NCBI GenBank assembly: GCA_030603385.1
Contig: JAUVXW010000009.1
Span: 32,001 to 96,000 of the forward strand
Reading direction: 5' to 3'
Length of the DNA: 64,000 bases
Origin: Promethearchaeota archaeon
Lineage (GTDB): Archaea > Asgardarchaeota > Lokiarchaeia > Sigyniarchaeales > SOKP01
Shown here: positions 1 through 8,898 of the stretch, one piece after another
Layout of the letters: the number at the start of each line of letters is the position of its first letter
Numbering within the stretch: the stretch's first letter is position 1
Notes under the pieces: model-generated
Told to the model about the DNA's origin: nothing
The model's input: the letters and a program-made list of their open reading frames with translations, nothing else
Database searches by the model: none
Position numbers and translations under genes: made by a program

Positions 1-2
1 TA

Positions 3-467
3 AGTTTTATAGGATTAAATGAAGCTGTTAAATTTCTAACTGATTTTGAACTGCATGAACATTCAGATGCATTCAATTTTGGAAAAAAAATCTTAATTGA
101 GATGAATAAAATATGTTTAGAATCATCTAAAAAAAATAACATGTCATATGTATTAAGTGAAAATATCTCAAAGAAAGCACCGTTTCGTTTTGCGAAATTA
201 GATTTAAAACATTTTCCAAAAATTGCGATACCTCAATCTAGTGGAGACACATTCTACTATACTAACTCTGCTCATTTTAAAAAAGATGCCGAAATTGATG
301 TAATAGAAAAGGTTAAGAAACAAGAAGAATATCAAATTTTTATCCAAAATGGAGCAATAGAGTATATCTCATTAAATGAACTCAAAAGAAGTAATCTCAC
401 TTTGGTAGATTTTATAAAAAAAATATTCATACCGTCTAAACTTGCAAGTTTGAAGTTTAATTCATAA
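3..467 (+). CDS. C-terminal part of an NrdD-like (class III ribonucleotide reductase fold) protein, apparently lacking the glycyl-radical domain; 5' end lies outside the window
   Basis: Frame is open from position 3: SFIGLNEAVKFL...FRFAKLD...YYTNSAH...IQNGAIEYI resembles NrdD C-terminal motifs (GLNE, RFAKLD, YYTNS, GG-I-HI). The ORF stops before any Zn ribbon or RxxGY motif. Confidence 0.6.
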   Translation, partial: SFIGLNEAVKFLTDFELHEHSDAFNFGKKILIEMNKICLESSKKNNMSYVLSENISKKAPFRFAKLDLKHFPKIAIPQSSGDTFYYTNSAHFKKDAEIDVIEKVKKQEEYQIFIQNGAIEYISLNELKRSNLTLVDFIKKIFIPSKLASLKFNS

Positions 468-627
468 AAGATTAAAACATTTAGATCTTTGGGAGAGAAA
501 AGTAATTATTTAATAGTAATTATTATTTTGAGTATATTAAAGTAATATATTGATTTTGTTATAATCTAAAGAATATAATAAGGTACTTTCTAAAGTATTA
601 CTTTATAGCTAAGGAGATGGGGATAAA

Positions 628-2094
628 TTGACTAATAACAACTCTAAATCGAAAAGGAAACAATCCGATAAAGAAAACGATGATAATAACAAATCCGATT
701 TAATTAAGGCAATTGTTTTAAGTATATTCGATGAAAAGGGTCCAGCACCTAGAGTTGTTTGGCCCATTGATTTAGATGAGAAAGCTGGGCTTTTAATTGC
801 AATGAAAACCATCAGTTTACTCATGGGTGATTCAGTTTATCAAGATTCACAAGGTTCAGATGTAGGGGTTAATTATTTTGGTATATTACCGTTTCCAGAC
901 TTAAAATTAAATGGTTTAACATATTTTTTTCTCATTCCTGAAGAAAAAGCGCGTGGTCAAGCTCTGGCAGCTACTATTACCGTATTAATCAACGAGGATG
1001 ATAGAGTCTTTTTTTATGAGAATATGAAATATTTGAGAATTATTATTGATAAGACCGCTAGCCAGATACAAACAGACAAAGAATTTGATGATCATAAAAG
1101 AATTATGGACGAAATAAGAGATGAATTGTTTGAATTCACTAAGGACTTAAAAGATCCTTTTTCAGTGAGGAGACAAATCAAGGTACTATTAACAGGATTA
1201 GATAAAGCAGGGAAATCAAGTTTTTTAATGGGAATAAGAAGGAGATATTCAGAAATTATAAAGGCTTTACCTACTAGAGGTGTTGAAAGATCAGAGGAAA
1301 ACATTTTTGAAGAGCAAAATTCTGTAATCTCACTTTGGGATCTAGGTGGTCAAAAACAATATCGAGAGAGATTTCTTGAACAAAGTAAACTTTATTTGTA
1401 TAACGTAGATTTAATCTTCTTTTTTGTTGATATTCAAGATGTTGAGAGGATTCAGGAAGCCCTAGAACTTTTTAGGAAGATTACAGATTCTTTAATTGAC
1501 TTGGATGAATTCCCTCCTATTGTAGTTTGCTTAAATAAATTTGATCCAGATCTAAAGGGGTCAAAAGAAATTTTCAAGAATTTGGAGATAATTGCAGATG
1601 AAATTGAGAAGAATTCTGATAGATTTTTAATTAAAATTTTCCAAACTAGTATTTTCAATCACTGGAGCTTAATAAGCGCATATTCCTTTGGTCTTTCACA
1701 ATTAAGTCCTAATCGAGAATTATTCAGGAATCAATTAAAAAAGTTTGCTAAGAAAACAAATTCAGACGCAATATTGTTATTAAATGAAAATGGAATAATT
1801 TTATCTAATTATTCTAAAGATGAAGTTTCTGAAAGAGTATTTGAAATTTCTGCCCCTCATTTTCAAGAACTCTATAAGACTTTCAAAGAGTTTAAAATTT
1901 TACAACAAGATTTTTTAATATCTTCAGGAATCGCTGATGACTCTAAAAAAATAATATTTAAAAAAATTCAGGTCGAAAAATATAATCTATACTTGTTAAT
2001 GTTTATTGAGAAATCTCACCAAATTGAAATGATAGAGAAAAATTTACCAGATTTCTCTAAAAACCTTATAGATATAATTCATACATATATTTAA
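628..2094 (+). CDS. Longin/uDENN domain + Rag/Arf-like small GTPase + C-terminal roadblock-like domain fusion
   Basis: G1 GLDKAGKS, G2 PTRG, G3 DLGGQ, G4 NKFD, G5 TSIF. N-terminal SIFDEKGPAPRVVWP and EEKARG motifs. C-terminal LSPNRELFRNQLKKFAKKTNSDAILLLNENGIILS resembles the Rag roadblock domain. Confidence 0.85.
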   Translation: MTNNNSKSKRKQSDKENDDNNKSDLIKAIVLSIFDEKGPAPRVVWPIDLDEKAGLLIAMKTISLLMGDSVYQDSQGSDVGVNYFGILPFPDLKLNGLTYFFLIPEEKARGQALAATITVLINEDDRVFFYENMKYLRIIIDKTASQIQTDKEFDDHKRIMDEIRDELFEFTKDLKDPFSVRRQIKVLLTGLDKAGKSSFLMGIRRRYSEIIKALPTRGVERSEENIFEEQNSVISLWDLGGQKQYRERFLEQSKLYLYNVDLIFFFVDIQDVERIQEALELFRKITDSLIDLDEFPPIVVCLNKFDPDLKGSKEIFKNLEIIADEIEKNSDRFLIKIFQTSIFNHWSLISAYSFGLSQLSPNRELFRNQLKKFAKKTNSDAILLLNENGIILSNYSKDEVSERVFEISAPHFQELYKTFKEFKILQQDFLISSGIADDSKKIIFKKIQVEKYNLYLLMFIEKSHQIEMIEKNLPDFSKNLIDIIHTYI

Positions 2095-2123
2095 TAAAAA
2101 AAATAAAATTTATTTAGTTTTTA

Positions 2124-3368
2124 TTAATATCCTCCTTTGTTTCTCCTAATCCTTGTTATGAGAATTATTGTAATTAATACAGCAGCTATTCCAATTCCAA
2201 TAAACACAAGAAATAATAATGGAAATTGCTCTAAAGGTAACAAGTTTGACTCTATAACAGTTATATCAACGTCGTATCTATAAGTAAAGCTTGCTGATGG
2301 TGGATAGCCAAAGATGGGATTTCCGAACTCACTTACAGTGAAGTAAGGAGGAAGGAAGAAATTCGCCCCTACATTTAGATTAAAGCGAAGAAAATCAATT
2401 CTATTAAAATAGTTTGTTCCCCAAGTAGGATCACAAACAATCCACCCTATATTTGGAACGTAATATTCAACCCAAGCATGTCCTAACATGTTACTGGCTA
2501 ATTCTGAAACGTAGAAGCTCCATGAGTTACCCACCTGTGGTCGTAAAGCGGGATTATTAGATATTAAGAATCCTGTTACTTTACGAGCAGGAATATCTTG
2601 TATCCGTAATAGTGTAATCATCAAACTCGAATATTCACTACAGTCTCCTTGTGAGTTGTTATAAGCCCATGAAGCACCCATTTCCTGAAGTGGTAAACCT
2701 CCATTATAATTTAGGTTATTATAAACCCAATTATATATTTTTTCCGCTTTTTCAATAACACTTATATTTGTTGGGCCAACTATGCTATTAGATAAAAAAA
2801 TTAAATCTGGATCATCTCGCTCATAATAAGGTTCTGTATTATTACAGTATAAATCAAAAATCTCGTCTGACTTATCATATATACCAATATCTGTTTCTTG
2901 TATGTCTTGAAAACTGATAGCGTTTAATTCAATTATATAATGTTGGCTTAATGTTACTTTTCCTTCAGCCCCTAAAGTTGCATTGAATAAATCATATGTA
3001 TTATTAAATTGGTCATTGTGTCCCATATCAAGTACTGAATATCCTGTAATACTGTTATATAAAATCTCGCTCTCTTGATAAGGTGGTGTATATTGAGTCT
3101 CTGTAACGTTTGGCATCCTATTATTTAGTCGTGCAAATTTAAAATAATAATTATTGCCAGGACCTGATTGATGAGTCAAAGTAAAATTGATCTCAACATT
3201 ATATTTTACACTTTGAGTAATGTCATAATTAGAAACACCATAATCTGGTGATGAAATGAAAGGGTTGGTATACGAAACAGTAGAAAGTAATGGGGCTGTT
3301 GAATAGGCTGAAAATGCTATAGGGAAGAAAAGCAAATATATTAAAGCAAACTTAGCTTTAGCTTTCAT
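2124..3368 (-). CDS. Membrane-anchored transglutaminase-like domain protein
   Basis: Signal peptide; catalytic triad motifs GDCSEYS, HAWVEYY and DPTW; C-terminal TM helix with basic tail. Confidence 0.85.
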   Translation of the reverse strand: MKAKAKFALIYLLFFPIAFSAYSTAPLLSTVSYTNPFISSPDYGVSNYDITQSVKYNVEINFTLTHQSGPGNNYYFKFARLNNRMPNVTETQYTPPYQESEILYNSITGYSVLDMGHNDQFNNTYDLFNATLGAEGKVTLSQHYIIELNAISFQDIQETDIGIYDKSDEIFDLYCNNTEPYYERDDPDLIFLSNSIVGPTNISVIEKAEKIYNWVYNNLNYNGGLPLQEMGASWAYNNSQGDCSEYSSLMITLLRIQDIPARKVTGFLISNNPALRPQVGNSWSFYVSELASNMLGHAWVEYYVPNIGWIVCDPTWGTNYFNRIDFLRFNLNVGANFFLPPYFTVSEFGNPIFGYPPSASFTYRYDVDITVIESNLLPLEQFPLLFLVFIGIGIAAVLITIILITRIRRNKGGY

Positions 3369-3569
3369 TCTTAAAATTGTAGAATATGATTATTTTTTAT
3401 AAAATGTATAAAACTCTCGACTTATAATTTTATTTCTTTAGTAATTAGATGAAATTGATATCTTAGTTTTTATTCGGATATTTTTATTATTGTTAATTTT
3501 TATGTTTTTAATGAGAAAAGTAATTTTGATTTTTACATATCTTAACGAAAAAGTCAGGTTGAGGAATCT

Positions 3570-4205
3570 ATTATATACAAAACGTTTTTAATCGATGGGG
3601 ATAATGGAATTTCGATTTTTGAAGCAACCTTTAAAGAATTAAAAAAAATTCAAGACCAAATATTAACTGGATTTTTTAATGCTATTAATAAAACAATTGA
3701 CGCGATACAAGAATCTATGGCAAAGGGAAGACGAGTAAATGAGATGAATAGAGTTGTAGAATCTGAAGATTCAACAATTTTTATATATTATCATCCTTTA
3801 TCTAGAGTTCTTTTTTGTTCGATTTCAGATGCTGATGATGATACAGAGAAAATAAAAGAAGTAATTCATAAAATTGCCAATAGATTTTGGAAAAAACACC
3901 AATCGGATCTTAAAGTTTTCAGAACTACAAATGAAAAAAGTAGGTTCCAGACTTTAAATGCAGATATTGAGAATCTTACCATAGGAGGAAAAATAGCAGA
4001 GGTATTTCCGAAATTACTTATTGCTAAAAACGTATTAGAAAAAGTTTTGACTATGGGAATGATTAATAATTTTGAATTTCAAGTTGCATTGTTATGCACA
4101 GGGAAAAATTCTCCACTGAAGATTTCGAGAAATCTACATAAAAAAAGAAATGAAATCTATGATGCTCTTAAGAAATTAGAAAATTTGGATATTATAAGGA
4201 TGTAA
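3570..4205 (+). CDS. Longin-domain protein with C-terminal winged HTH; probably starts upstream of the tracked ATG (3717), at ATT/ATA
   Basis: Frame is open from 3546 and adds IIYKTFLIDGDNGISIFEATF...DQILTGFFNAI (longin N-terminal strands and helix). C-terminal SPLKISRNLHKKRNEIYDALKKLENLDII is wHTH-like. Confidence 0.65.
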   Translation: MIYKTFLIDGDNGISIFEATFKELKKIQDQILTGFFNAINKTIDAIQESMAKGRRVNEMNRVVESEDSTIFIYYHPLSRVLFCSISDADDDTEKIKEVIHKIANRFWKKHQSDLKVFRTTNEKSRFQTLNADIENLTIGGKIAEVFPKLLIAKNVLEKVLTMGMINNFEFQVALLCTGKNSPLKISRNLHKKRNEIYDALKKLENLDIIRM

Positions 4206-4332
4206 AAATTACATTCTTCTATTTCCAAAATATATTAAGCTAAATGATGAATGTATCTTCTAATTTGGATTTCATCTAAATAGAAAAAAATAAAAGTTTT
4301 CTTAGTTTATCAAAACTACATTATATAATAAT

Positions 4333-4941
4333 GTGATAATTATGAAGAGTAAAACGGAAATCATTGCTACTGTAAAAAGTCCCGCTAAAGGTTCATATTT
4401 GAGGCAAGGTGTAGGTTTCTCTTTAAAGGAAATAAAGGAATCAGGGAGACATATTAATCAATTAAAAGATCTGAGAATTAACATAGATTATTTTAGAACA
4501 TCTGCTCACCCTGAGAATATTGAAATACTAAAAAATTTAAAAATACCAAAGAAAGAAAGAAGAAAGAGAAAACCATTTATCCAAAAAGAGAAAAGAAGAA
4601 CTCCTTTCAAACCTAAGAAAGAAAAACCCAAAGTTGTGCCCAAAAAAGTTATTAAAAAAGCACCTAAAAAACCCGTAGTTAAGGAAAAACTAAAACCAGT
4701 GAAAAAGGAGAAAGTAAAACCTGTCAAAGCCGAGAAAATTAAAATCGAAGAAAAAGGGACTCCCTTAACCGATTTACCTGGATTAGGTGCTGCCACAGCA
4801 AAAAAATTCATTGAACTTGGAGTTAATACAATAGAAGAGCTTTGTAAGGAAAGCCCCGATGAATTAGCAACGTTAATCAAAGGAGTGTCTGTTGATAGAT
4901 TAAAAAATTGGATTGAAGAAGGTAAAGAGATCATCAAGTAG
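4333..4941 (+). CDS. rpl13e: Ribosomal protein L13e fused via a Lys-rich linker to a helix-hairpin-helix domain
   Basis: RQGVGFSLKEIKESG...IDYFRTSAHPENIEILK matches L13e; LTDLPGLGAATAKKFIELGVNTIEEL is an HhH motif. Confidence 0.8.
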   Translation: MIIMKSKTEIIATVKSPAKGSYLRQGVGFSLKEIKESGRHINQLKDLRINIDYFRTSAHPENIEILKNLKIPKKERRKRKPFIQKEKRRTPFKPKKEKPKVVPKKVIKKAPKKPVVKEKLKPVKKEKVKPVKAEKIKIEEKGTPLTDLPGLGAATAKKFIELGVNTIEELCKESPDELATLIKGVSVDRLKNWIEEGKEIIK

Positions 4942-5087
4942 TATTATTAATTCTTCTAATTCTTCAAACTCTAATTACACCTTTATTAAAAAGGTCTTTT
5001 CAAATATCAGAAGTTTTATAAATACCTAATTTATTTTAGAAATAAGTTTATTTAATAATTCAAAAATCAAACAAGACAAGTACAAAC

Positions 5088-5579
5088 ATGGAATATAATT
5101 ATTATGTTTACAATAAAGCAGAGTGTAATATAACAATTAATAAAATGCCAATTTGGTTTAAAGAAATAGAATATGAAGGCGATGAGAATAATGGATACAT
5201 TATCATGCACTCCCAAAATGATTGTGATGAGATTTGGGGGCCAAACACCAAACTTGAAATAAAATGGGAAAAAAGAGAAAGGATGAATCTTTTTTACTAT
5301 AAAGAAGTAGAAAAGAGTATTGAAACTTATAATGCGATTGGCATTGTGGTTACTAAAAAGGAAAGAGATTGGTTAATGAGTCATGAATTTACATTTTGGT
5401 TTGGGCAGCGAAGGAAGATGATAAGAAAGAGATATTACGTTGAAAAAGTAATACATGGTATTTTTTATTGTGAAATTACTGAACGATTATTTAGTATTCA
5501 TACTTCTATAATAGAAAGTATGTATGAAAATTACAAGCCAAACATAATAAAATCATACAATTCTGTTGAATGTCATTAA
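5088..5579 (+). CDS. Hypothetical protein
   Basis: 163-aa ORF with normal composition and no recognised motif. Confidence 0.7.
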   Translation: MEYNYYVYNKAECNITINKMPIWFKEIEYEGDENNGYIIMHSQNDCDEIWGPNTKLEIKWEKRERMNLFYYKEVEKSIETYNAIGIVVTKKERDWLMSHEFTFWFGQRRKMIRKRYYVEKVIHGIFYCEITERLFSIHTSIIESMYENYKPNIIKSYNSVECH

Positions 5580-5582
5580 AGT

Positions 5583-6323
5583 TTATCTTTTTTGAGCGAA
5601 TAAAAAAAAGTTATCGTTATTATTTGGACCACCCATTATTTTAAACTCTTTAACATCAAAAATCTTTAACAATTTTTTTATCTCTCGTTTGGAGAAAAAG
5701 TGATAAAACCTATTATATGCTTTATTTTCTCCTGAAAGTTTCCATGGGATAAATCTATCGCCTGACTCTTTCAATCCTGCCATCTTCTGCTGTTCATTAT
5801 GCTTAAAACTAAACCTTCTTTTAAATCCATCCAAAAGAAAATAACCTCTATATTTTCTTTGCCATTTACGCCACACTGTAATAACTAAATTACCATTTTT
5901 TTTTAGTATTTCATTGGTTTGTGTCATCAAATCCTTTCTATCAGATTTATTTTTGATATGGTGAATTGTGGCGATTGAGTAAATATTTTGGATTGAATTT
6001 GTTCTAATTGGTAGATACCTTATATCCGCAAGAAGAACTTGAATTAAATTCGATTCAAGTTTTGAATAACGATCGGAATTTCTTAAATCACTACAAACAA
6101 TTTTTAAGAATTCAAGTGATATATCAATGCCGATTAATTTTTTTGGATAAGTTCCTAAAATTTTAAAATTTCTGCCATTAGCACATCCTAAATCCAAACA
6201 AATTCCATTAAAATTATAACCCTTTTTATTTAAAAAATTTAGAAAAAACTCAAGTGGTCTCCATGGTTTTCTTCTTTTTGAATGATAGTCTTTAGCAATC
6301 TGGTTATAGTTATGGCCCTCCAT
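5583..6323 (-). CDS. Class I SAM-dependent methyltransferase, Trm9/ALKBH8-like tRNA wobble-U methyltransferase
   Basis: YNQIAKDYHSKRRKPW, LDLGCANGRN, SIATIHHI and RFYHFFSKREI match the Trm9-family pattern. Confidence 0.75.
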   Translation of the reverse strand: MEGHNYNQIAKDYHSKRRKPWRPLEFFLNFLNKKGYNFNGICLDLGCANGRNFKILGTYPKKLIGIDISLEFLKIVCSDLRNSDRYSKLESNLIQVLLADIRYLPIRTNSIQNIYSIATIHHIKNKSDRKDLMTQTNEILKKNGNLVITVWRKWQRKYRGYFLLDGFKRRFSFKHNEQQKMAGLKESGDRFIPWKLSGENKAYNRFYHFFSKREIKKLLKIFDVKEFKIMGGPNNNDNFFLFAQKR

Positions 6324-6418
6324 GAAATGAAAACGTTTTATTTCTTTATGACATATAAATGTTAATAAAGTTATATAATTTTCAATATATAATAGTGAAT
6401 ATGTTAGGAAATTAGGAA

Positions 6419-8188
6419 ATGGAAGAGCGCGTTATTTTTCTCACTAAGTTTACACAATTGTTGAGGAATGAAGTCTTAGATTATTATGATAAATCTCATT
6501 TGTATTTAAAGGATCTTGTCTCATACAAAGATATTGATTTAAGAAAAGATCCAACCAAAGAAAACGAAGAAAGTTTAAGAAATACACTTATAAAGATGTT
6601 AAAGGCAATAAAAACTGGTTTAAATACGATTGGAGTACCAATAAACAAATTATCTAAAATACAGAATAACTATTTGAAAGAAATTAGTAAAAAAAGAACA
6701 GAACTGCATGATTATGACTCTTATCTTAAAATATATTTCAAAGAATATATCAATAAAATATTATTTGAAATCTTAATTGAATATTTATTGGATTTAGACG
6801 TACAAAAAATTGAAACTTTAAAACTTTTTAAATTAGCACCTCAAAGTTTCATTGATAAATTACATAAATTTAAAATAACATATGTAGATTCGAGGACTAA
6901 AACTTTTATTACTTTCCCAGGTATTGAAGAAAATTTAAATTTTTCAGATTTATCTATTAATATAAAAGCATTCAATGTGAATCCAAAAAAGACCTTCAAC
7001 TCCACCATGAAAAAAGAGGAAGAAATAGATAAACGAGAAGAGAAGATCAGTGAAGAACCAAATATTTTAGCACAGTTACAAGAAGCTAAGAAGGATTTTA
7101 TTGAGACTTTAAAAACTCCAAAAAAAGAACTATTAAAACCTTCACTGGAACAATTGGAAAATTTTATACCTGAAGAAAAGCCAACAAAAACTATGGAAAA
7201 AATCAATCAGACCCCTTCTTTAATAGCCCAAAACAACTTAACCTCCTTTAAATCTGTACCAAGAGATTTGACTTTCAAGTCGCAAAAAGTGAATTTTCTT
7301 GATAATTTTGGCAACTTACCCCCTGTAAATCTTGAAATTCTTAATAAATTTAAAATTAATATTGGCAATCTTTTAAATTCAAGAGTAGTTAATCCAGATT
7401 TTATAGATTTAGAAAATCTCTTTTATTACATATCTATTTTGAAAATGGCAAACATAAAATTTCCTTTTACTTCAATAGAGATATTAAATTTTCTAAGGAA
7501 CCATATAACTGAAATGATTTTTAGCTTTTCAAGAAATACGATGCCAGATTCAATTAACATATTTTATGGTCTTTCAATTGTTACTGAATTGAAATTAATC
7601 CATAAAACTAACATCATTAACCTTCACGCTACTGAAGAATTTCTTAAAATGGAATTGAAGGAGTTTATACCTGAGAAATTAAAAATGAATTACTACACTT
7701 TACTTTGCTTAAAACTGCTAGCAAAAAGTGAAATAATATCAACACGCAAAGATGCTTTATTAAATCAAGTGTTAAATTTAGATATATTGAGTATGAGAGG
7801 ATTTAACCCAACATTAGATATTTATAATCAACTAGCTATTATCAATAGTCTGGACAAAAATGTGAAGCTTACTGGATTTATCGTGCCTTATATGAATGCA
7901 CTTAAAAGAATGTTAACTTCAAAAGGTTCCATTGATGATTCAATAACGGAATCTGCCAAGACATTATTAATTTTAGTTATTTTCGGTTTAAAAGAGCAAG
8001 AATCAGTATTGTGCAGTCGTTTACTCAATTACATTATAAAGTCTACAGATTTCTTTAATCTAGAAAATCTAGATAAAGATTTTAATTGGCGTATTGACAA
8101 ATTAGCATATAAAATAGAATTAAGAATGTTATTTTGGGCATTATTAGCTTGTTCTCAGTATTCTCCCGATAATTTGTTAAATCTTTGA
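6419..8188 (+). CDS. Hypothetical helical protein; C-terminal half possibly a prenyltransferase-like alpha barrel
   Basis: 589-aa ORF with helical repeats such as SINIFYGLSIV and ITESAKTLLIL. Confidence 0.6.
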   Translation: MEERVIFLTKFTQLLRNEVLDYYDKSHLYLKDLVSYKDIDLRKDPTKENEESLRNTLIKMLKAIKTGLNTIGVPINKLSKIQNNYLKEISKKRTELHDYDSYLKIYFKEYINKILFEILIEYLLDLDVQKIETLKLFKLAPQSFIDKLHKFKITYVDSRTKTFITFPGIEENLNFSDLSINIKAFNVNPKKTFNSTMKKEEEIDKREEKISEEPNILAQLQEAKKDFIETLKTPKKELLKPSLEQLENFIPEEKPTKTMEKINQTPSLIAQNNLTSFKSVPRDLTFKSQKVNFLDNFGNLPPVNLEILNKFKINIGNLLNSRVVNPDFIDLENLFYYISILKMANIKFPFTSIEILNFLRNHITEMIFSFSRNTMPDSINIFYGLSIVTELKLIHKTNIINLHATEEFLKMELKEFIPEKLKMNYYTLLCLKLLAKSEIISTRKDALLNQVLNLDILSMRGFNPTLDIYNQLAIINSLDKNVKLTGFIVPYMNALKRMLTSKGSIDDSITESAKTLLILVIFGLKEQESVLCSRLLNYIIKSTDFFNLENLDKDFNWRIDKLAYKIELRMLFWALLACSQYSPDNLLNL

Positions 8189-8230
8189 ACTGATAAAGAG
8201 ATTGAATTAAGCCTAATTTAAATTGAATCC

Positions 8231-8851
8231 TTAGTCTTCATTCATTTTCATAATTCTTTTAATAAAGTTCTTAGCCGATGGAGAAATACGTTTATTTTTA
8301 ACATAATTATTCCAATCTTCATTAAAAATATGATTATCCTTTAATTCCCTTAGTGTCCTATTTGCTACTGTAAACCAATAATCAATATCAATAAGAGGAG
8401 CATCATTATCTATTCCAGGGCAATACTTTTTAGCTTTCTCTGTATATATTACACCGATTTTTTCTTTAGTAATAATATCTTCATTATTAGATTGAATAAA
8501 TGAAAAAGGAAATGACCTACAAAGCATAGGCCTTAAGCTATAAATTAAGCATTTCTTATTTTTTTTTTCATAAAAGCAACACTCACCTTTATTAGTTTTC
8601 ATAAGCCCAATGAAGGCTAAACCTTTTTCAGTTTCTATTGGTGAAATTACCATTTTCTTTAGGATGATATTATTTAATGCTTTATCATAAACGTAAAATC
8701 CGAAAATTTCAAGTGATTCTTTTAACTCTATTTTTAAACCCTTAATTATCCTCGATATATCTAAGTAAGTCACATTTACAAGTGTATTTCTATCTGTACA
8801 ACAATTTCCACACCTAATACAGAAAAATTTCAAATCTTTCGGATTTAGCAT
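8231..8851 (-). CDS. YkgJ/UPF0153 family Cys-cluster protein
   Basis: CIRCGNCC, CCFY, CLIYSLRPMLCRSFPF, CPG. Confidence 0.85.
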   Translation of the reverse strand: MLNPKDLKFFCIRCGNCCTDRNTLVNVTYLDISRIIKGLKIELKESLEIFGFYVYDKALNNIILKKMVISPIETEKGLAFIGLMKTNKGECCFYEKKNKKCLIYSLRPMLCRSFPFSFIQSNNEDIITKEKIGVIYTEKAKKYCPGIDNDAPLIDIDYWFTVANRTLRELKDNHIFNEDWNNYVKNKRISPSAKNFIKRIMKMNED

Positions 8852-8898
8852 TAAAATAAAAAAAAGAATTTTAAAATTTGAATTTTTTTATAATAAAT

